Shown here: piece by piece, positions 27,447-32,000 of the stretch
Layout: the number at the start of each line of letters is the position of its first letter
Numbering within the stretch: position 1 is the first letter of the stretch
Sequence record: MK675901.1
Reading direction: 5' to 3' (one strand)
DNA: 32,000 nucleotides
Origin: Shewanella phage S0112
Position numbers and translations under genes: made by a program
The notes under the pieces: model-generated
The model's database searches: none
What the model was told of the DNA's origin: nothing
What the model saw: the letters and a program-made list of their open reading frames with translations, nothing else

Positions 27447-28366
27447 CAGAATAGCCCCATTTGATCCTGTTTCCAGGATACTTCTTCGTAAGGCTTAAAT
27501 CCTGCATGCATATCGTAATACGCTCGCATGTTGTAAACCCAACGCGCCAGATACTCTTTTGATAAGCGATCAACGGTATATCCCTTTGATTCCACTATCT
27601 TATCGATTGCTTTTTGTTGGGATGGGCTTAGAGTTAGGTAGTGCTGATTTTCCACTTTTCTTGCTGGGCTGCTTTCGGATACTGGGACAGCCCTTTCGTT
27701 AATCATGATTCCGCCGTTAGCCGCAACTTGTACCCAAGAGGAGGAGTCAACGCTAAACCAAGGATATTTTCGCATTAGTACTGGGGTGGTAACCCCAAAA
27801 GCATGAACCTTCGTTTTTGGCCTTCCGGAGCTGTCTGTTAGGTATTTTTCCCATAGCTCGTCTAGCCAAATTAATAGATCAGGGGTGGATTGTGCTACCA
27901 TGCCACCAAGAGTTATATAGGAGTAGTTAGCGACGTAATACTCTAAATAGCGTGGATCCTCCCCATAATGGAAACAAGGTAAAGGGCGAACACCTCTTCG
28001 CTCCATTTCGAGTTGATTTTCATAAGTTCCCTGATCTGAACCTATTTTATCAAGAACGGAGGCAACTATGGCATCGTCCTCATGCAGAATTATATCCTTA
28101 TTGCGATGGATATAGTCACAATAAGCTGGGAGATCTACTTCAACCCCTTGAGACCATGAAGAGAACGCCCCGGAATCTAGAAATACTTGCCGCTTCTCTT
28201 TGCGAATAGTGTCCACATGTTTCTGGCGGTGTATGTAATGATACGACTCTAGATGCCAAGGAACGCTCATGCGGTCTATCTTTTCTTGTTCAGTTAATCG
28301 GGCAAATAGGTTACTATCTTGAGCGAAGTTGATAGAATATACCCCAGCTAAAAAAATACGCATCAA
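27446..28366 (-). CDS. dpdA: DpdA-like DNA guanine transglycosylase (7-deazaguanine insertion into DNA)
   Basis: 306 aa; RQVFLDSGAFSSW, HYGEDPRYLEYYVANYSYITLGGMV, KVHAFGVTTPVLMRKYPWFSVDSSSW of the phage TGT/DpdA type with two conserved Asp candidates; co-located with all preQ0 synthesis genes. Confidence 0.88.
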   Translation of the reverse strand: MMRIFLAGVYSINFAQDSNLFARLTEQEKIDRMSVPWHLESYHYIHRQKHVDTIRKEKRQVFLDSGAFSSWSQGVEVDLPAYCDYIHRNKDIILHEDDAIVASVLDKIGSDQGTYENQLEMERRGVRPLPCFHYGEDPRYLEYYVANYSYITLGGMVAQSTPDLLIWLDELWEKYLTDSSGRPKTKVHAFGVTTPVLMRKYPWFSVDSSSWVQVAANGGIMINERAVPVSESSPARKVENQHYLTLSPSQQKAIDKIVESKGYTVDRLSKEYLARWVYNMRAYYDMHAGFKPYEEVSWKQDQMGLF

Positions 28367-28815
28367 TTAACCCCATTCAAATAGTGTTCTACAATTCTGC
28401 TTATTTCTTGGCATTGCTGTTCATTGAACAAGGCAATATGCGCCGCAGCCTTTGGTATCCCCATAGTATAAGCCATAAAGTGATATGCCCCATTTCTGGT
28501 CATTAATGGGGCTCCTTTCTGCCATAACTGGTCAAATATTTTATGAGCTTTGGTTCTTTCCTTTCGAAGGGAGGCATTAGCTAGCGTTCCTAAAGGAGCG
28601 GCTGATATAGACCGCTGATGGGTGCCTACATAAGCGTCACACCTGGCGCAAAGCCAGAATAGCCTTTTGGCAATAGGCTTATTCCCTGGGAATAATTCTT
28701 GCCCTGTCACTAGCTCTGCCTGGCGCTGGCAATAAGGGCATATAACTTCCCTATCCACTTTTGGCTTGGTTATTGTTAGATCTTTGTGCCGTTGCATTGC
28801 TTTTTGTAAGTTCAT
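28363..28815 (-). CDS. DUF3268-like zinc-finger protein
   Basis: 150 aa; CPYCQRQAELVTGQELFPG...LFWLCARCDAYVGTHQ...PLGTLANASLRKERTKAHKIFDQLW; 4-nt overlap with dpdA. Confidence 0.75.
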   Translation of the reverse strand: MNLQKAMQRHKDLTITKPKVDREVICPYCQRQAELVTGQELFPGNKPIAKRLFWLCARCDAYVGTHQRSISAAPLGTLANASLRKERTKAHKIFDQLWQKGAPLMTRNGAYHFMAYTMGIPKAAAHIALFNEQQCQEISRIVEHYLNGVN

Positions 28816-28833
28816 GGAAGTACCTTAGAAATG

Positions 28834-28871
28834 AAAGCCCTACTAGATAAGTATATTATCTGCAGGGCTTT
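28834..28871. repeat. inverted repeat AAAGCCCT...AGGGCTTT with inner repeat AGATAA...TTATCT
   Basis: 8-bp arms at 28834-28841 and 28864-28871; inner 6-bp arms at 28845-28850 and 28856-28861. Confidence 0.75.
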
Positions 28872-28878
28872 ACTTCAA
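28850..28878 (-). promoter_or_regulatory. sigma70-like promoter for the DUF3268/dpdA/clamp/polymerase block
   Basis: Read on the - strand: TTGAAG (28878-28873), 17-nt spacer, TATACT (28855-28850). It is in one of the few intergenic gaps of the - strand block. Confidence 0.5.
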
Positions 28879-28890
28879 GATGATAAAAGA

Positions 28891-29475
28891 TTAAACGTTG
28901 GCAGGCTGTGTTGAAAGCATCAAGAATTCGCTGCGCACGACTGGGTCATTCTTCATTACCCCACGTAATGCCGAAGTAATGGTATGATGCCCATGCTGGC
29001 AGATTCCCCTGCTTTCCATGCACATATGCCGGGCTTTTACCAGAACAGCCACGCCAAGCGGATCCAAGTGATCATTAATCGCATCAGCAATCTGGTTAGT
29101 CATACGTTCCTGAACTTGCAACCTCCTGGCAAAGATGTTGGCGACCCGGCTCAACTTGGATAAACCAACTATCTTCCCATTTGGTATGTAGGCGATGGTA
29201 ACGGTACCAAATATGTCCGCCATATGGTGTTCGCACTTGGAGTTGAAGGGGATATCCCGCACGATAACCATTTCATCGGATCCTTCCGCCCCGTCTTCAA
29301 ACACCTTTAAGACATCAGCCGGATCTTGATCATACCCTTCAAACCACTTAGTCATGGCCTTAGCAACCCGTTTAGGGGTTTCTTCCAGCCCAGGGCGAAG
29401 CTCCGTACTGTCTTCAATAATTCGAAGGATGGAGCTTATTTTCTCTTCGATTACCAATGTATTTTCGTTCCGCAT
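28891..29475 (-). CDS. folE: GTP cyclohydrolase I
   Basis: 194 aa; PFNSKCEHHM, IVGLSKLSRVANIFARRLQVQERMTNQIA, RHMCMESRGICQHGHHTITSALRG. Confidence 0.93.
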   Translation of the reverse strand: MRNENTLVIEEKISSILRIIEDSTELRPGLEETPKRVAKAMTKWFEGYDQDPADVLKVFEDGAEGSDEMVIVRDIPFNSKCEHHMADIFGTVTIAYIPNGKIVGLSKLSRVANIFARRLQVQERMTNQIADAINDHLDPLGVAVLVKARHMCMESRGICQHGHHTITSALRGVMKNDPVVRSEFLMLSTQPANV

Positions 29476-29487
29476 GGTAGATCCTTA

Positions 29488-29949
29488 TTAGTATTTGTGG
29501 AAAGTAGCTGAGCATTTGGCTGTTTCTTCCACTCGGCACTCGATCAGCTCGCAGTTGATGCCTTCCTTGGCAAAAAGGGTAGGGGCCACAACTTCAACCA
29601 TATGCTGAGCCATATTCTCAGCTGTTGGATTAAAAGGCACCAGCACAGTCGCTTTATCCACATCCAGGATGTAAGGTGCTTTTAGATCCTCTTTCCAAAG
29701 CAGCATCCGGTGATCCCAATTTTCTTCCAGCCACTGGCAAAGGATTGATTTCATAACAGAGAAGTCTAGCACCCTGCCAACATTATCCAAACCGGTTACC
29801 TTGCCATCATGGGTTCTTGGGTCAGTTGCCTGGATGGTAAAATGGAACCGATAGTTATGCCCATGAAGATGTTCACACTTACCCCCTTGGCCTACTACCC
29901 GGTGCCCGGCGCAGATATCGTGATAGCGTGTTGCTGTTACTTGAGCCAT
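29488..29949 (-). CDS. queD: 6-carboxy-5,6,7,8-tetrahydropterin synthase
   Basis: 153 aa; AGHRVVGQGGKCEHLHGHNYRF, WDHRMLL, FNPTAENMAQH, CRVEET. Confidence 0.92.
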   Translation of the reverse strand: MAQVTATRYHDICAGHRVVGQGGKCEHLHGHNYRFHFTIQATDPRTHDGKVTGLDNVGRVLDFSVMKSILCQWLEENWDHRMLLWKEDLKAPYILDVDKATVLVPFNPTAENMAQHMVEVVAPTLFAKEGINCELIECRVEETAKCSATFHKY

Positions 29950-30512
29950 TATTCTCCCTCCGGCTTATCAGCCCTGGTTTGAGCTTGGGTGTTACTATAG
30001 GATCCGCTTGAATAGCGTTTGGAAAGCTTCTCCATGTTACCCTGTTTAAGCCTTGCCGGGGTAAGCGTGGTATGATGCGCTACAAAGCCACCCAGTACCC
30101 GCTCAAACTCACTTAACGCCGCTTGGAGGCCAGGGGCATCCAAGGGCTTTTGGTAAATAGCATGCTTTTTAACCAGGTCCAAAATTTTACCTGCTTTTGA
30201 CGCCAAAAGAGCGTCAAAACAAGCGATTTCGGTCTTTCCAAGCATTGGTGGCCGGATATCGTCCGGTATGGAAAACTCCCTGCCGAAAGGAACACCTTGG
30301 TAGATGCCTTCGACGTAGAAGAAGATATCCCCGAGCTCTTCCTGGATATTTTCAGGAGTGAAAGCTTCCAGAAGCTCTGCCACTTCGCCGCTGATACCTA
30401 CTGCCATATGGAGCAGATGCGCCGAAGTGGCGGTTAGCCCGGCGACGACTTCTGCACCAGGCTTAGCGAGGGCAGAAACCATCTGCCCATGTGATTCAAA
30501 TATATTGGACAT
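29949..30512 (-). CDS. MazG-like nucleotide pyrophosphohydrolase
   Basis: 187 aa; HMAVGISGEVAELLEAF...NIQEELGDIFFYVEGIYQ (ExxE...ExxD all-alpha NTP-PPase signature) and LVKKHAIYQKPLD. Confidence 0.8.
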   Translation of the reverse strand: MSNIFESHGQMVSALAKPGAEVVAGLTATSAHLLHMAVGISGEVAELLEAFTPENIQEELGDIFFYVEGIYQGVPFGREFSIPDDIRPPMLGKTEIACFDALLASKAGKILDLVKKHAIYQKPLDAPGLQAALSEFERVLGGFVAHHTTLTPARLKQGNMEKLSKRYSSGSYSNTQAQTRADKPEGE

Positions 30513-31258
30513 TAAAAATGTTCCTCTTTTTCATCGCCAGCGGCTGGCGTTTCCGTAGTCGGCATTTCTGCCGCTTCTTTACTTTCCAGGTATTCAGCAA
30601 AGCCCTTGGCCCGAAGCTTACAGGCAGGGCATTCCCCGCAGCCATAGCCCCAGTCGTGGTTGTGCTCCCGGTCCCCATTATAACATGTATGGGACTCTTC
30701 CAGTACAGTTTGAAGGAACCCTACCTTTTCGGCTAAAGCGAAGGTTTGGGCCTTGTCCAGGTACATTAGCGGGGTCACAATATGGATATCAGTTTGATAG
30801 CCGATGTTCAATGCCGCTTCAAGGGAACAGATAAAAACTTGGCGACAATCGGGATATCCAGAAAAGTCCGTCTCACATACCCCGGTAATGATGGTATCCG
30901 CACCGACCTTTTGGGCATAGGCATGGGCAGTAGTCAGGAATAAGGCATTTCGATTTGGAACGAAGGACGCCGGTAAATTTGGATTACGATGGTGCTTTGC
31001 AGATACATTTTTGTCTTTTAGGGAATTAGTGCTAACAAGGGCACTATCCCCAAGATCGACCAAGGCTGGAATGGACATAATAGCGAAAGGGATATCATGC
31101 TTCTTACAAATAGCCTTTGCTTGCTGAAGCTCGATCTTATGTTTTTGAGCATAATCGAAACCTATCGCGAAAACTTGATCGAATTTCTTCAGCGCCCAAC
31201 CAAGGCAGGTTACTGAGTCCTGTCCGCCAGACAGGACGACAACGGCGGATTTTTTCAT
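30512..31258 (-). CDS. queC: 7-cyano-7-deazaguanine (preQ0) synthase
   Basis: 248 aa; VVLSGGQDSVTCL, FVPNRNALFLTTAHAYA, CYNGD...CGECPACKLRAKGF zinc motif. Confidence 0.95.
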   Translation of the reverse strand: MKKSAVVVLSGGQDSVTCLGWALKKFDQVFAIGFDYAQKHKIELQQAKAICKKHDIPFAIMSIPALVDLGDSALVSTNSLKDKNVSAKHHRNPNLPASFVPNRNALFLTTAHAYAQKVGADTIITGVCETDFSGYPDCRQVFICSLEAALNIGYQTDIHIVTPLMYLDKAQTFALAEKVGFLQTVLEESHTCYNGDREHNHDWGYGCGECPACKLRAKGFAEYLESKEAAEMPTTETPAAGDEKEEHF

Positions 31259-31265
31259 ATTTACC

Positions 31266-32000
31266 TCACTCTACTTGTAGATACTTGTGGACTTGCAGTT
31301 GAACAGTATAGCCAAACCTTTTCGCTGAAGCTACGCAAGCTTGAATATTGCGCTGGTTAGCTTCTTCGATAGATCCGGCAATATAGGGGTTATCCTTATA
31401 AAGCATAGTCATATCCATTGGCTGGATATAAATATTTCCTTGAAAATTTTCCGGTGGGCGAGCCACCCAGGGCTCGGCATGATTCTGTAGTGCAGATAAA
31501 GGGAGACCGTCATGCTCTGCGATATTACCCGCTTCAAGGACATACTTGTAGTGGGTAATATATGGGATAGCTTTTGGATTTAGCCCTTTAGTCTTTGGAG
31601 AGCAGACGATGGTAGGAGTTTGCATCGTAAAGATAGGTATAGCCATAGTGCCATTAGTCTCTATCTGCACCTGGAAACTATAGTAATGAAGGCGGTCCAC
31701 CAAGGCAGCAATCGCAGTCTGCCGGAATGGCTCGCCGCCAGTGATAACCACAAGGTTGCATTTAGCCCCCTGGGGGATTTCTTCAATGGCTGCTAGAGCA
31801 AGGTCTTGCGGGCTTATACGCTTAGCCCCTTCGGTATACTCTGTATCACACCCAGGGCATTGGATATTACATCCAGATAAGCGAATAAAAACAGCTGTGT
31901 GCCCACTGAAAGGACCTTCCCCCTGAATGGTGTAAAAGATGGAATGTACAAGAAGATCCTGGGATGAATCGCGCTTGAGTGGTATTTGCAGATTTTTCAT
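31266..32000 (-). CDS. queE: 7-carboxy-7-deazaguanine synthase (radical SAM)
   Basis: 244 aa; IFYTIQGEGPFSGHTAVFIRLSGCNIQCPGCDTEY (CxxxCxxC), VVITGGEP, QIETNGT. The ATG is exactly at the window edge, so a longer N-terminus cannot be excluded. Confidence 0.92.
   Translation of the reverse strand: MKNLQIPLKRDSSQDLLVHSIFYTIQGEGPFSGHTAVFIRLSGCNIQCPGCDTEYTEGAKRISPQDLALAAIEEIPQGAKCNLVVITGGEPFRQTAIAALVDRLHYYSFQVQIETNGTMAIPIFTMQTPTIVCSPKTKGLNPKAIPYITHYKYVLEAGNIAEHDGLPLSALQNHAEPWVARPPENFQGNIYIQPMDMTMLYKDNPYIAGSIEEANQRNIQACVASAKRFGYTVQLQVHKYLQVE

Noticed and set aside
28834-28871. Inverted repeat as a simple Rho-independent terminator of the que operon.
   Set aside because: The - strand sequence after the hairpin is CATTTCTAAGG without a good T tract, and the element overlaps a promoter-like sequence. 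A terminator role is possible but not supported enough to call.
645-31926. Many antisense or out-of-frame ORFs of 60-200 aa (for example 645..866 -, 9020..9616 -, 11276..11743 -, 25945..26268 +, 6465..6668 +).
   Set aside because: They lie opposite or within well-supported genes, show low-complexity or artefactual composition and have no family motifs.
1-32000. Depletion of restriction sites such as GATC or GGCC.
   Set aside because: Both occur readily in the text (for example GATC near 10035, GGCC near 33 and 130). No depletion was evident by eye; a real count against expectation was not possible.
1-32000. CRISPR arrays, tRNA genes, transposons, integrase/lysogeny genes.
   Set aside because: No regular direct repeats, tRNA-like cloverleaf, transposase or integrase motifs were recognised.

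Overview
The window is part of a tailed (siphovirus-like) phage genome with two convergent blocks. The + strand block (1-24258) runs in order: C-terminal part of the large terminase, portal, head completion, XkdF-like protease, scaffold-like protein, decoration protein, major capsid, connector genes, tail tube, tail assembly chaperone with a -1 frameshift extension, tape measure, distal tail and hub proteins, receptor-binding-like protein, and a small membrane/lipoprotein cassette. The - strand block (24255-32000) encodes a family A DNA polymerase, a beta sliding clamp, a small membrane protein, a DpdA-like DNA transglycosylase, a zinc-finger protein, FolE, QueD, a MazG-like protein, QueC and QueE. 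FolE, QueD, QueE and QueC form a complete GTP-to-preQ0 pathway, and with DpdA they strongly suggest 7-deazaguanine modification of phage DNA. The overall gene set resembles Queuovirinae-type phages (family recall, not a search). The most testable new idea is that the phage DpdA ends in ...QDQMGLF*, very close to the C-terminal beta-clamp-binding pentapeptide QLGLF of E. coli Pol II, while a clamp gene lies in the same operon. This suggests clamp-guided DNA base exchange. Other notable points are a canonical A_AAA_AAC slippery site exactly at the end of the chaperone ORF, a tail hub gene split by a 65-codon ORF with both flanks in the same frame, a split XkdF-like protease, and a promoter-like element inside an inverted repeat upstream of the zinc-finger/dpdA operon.
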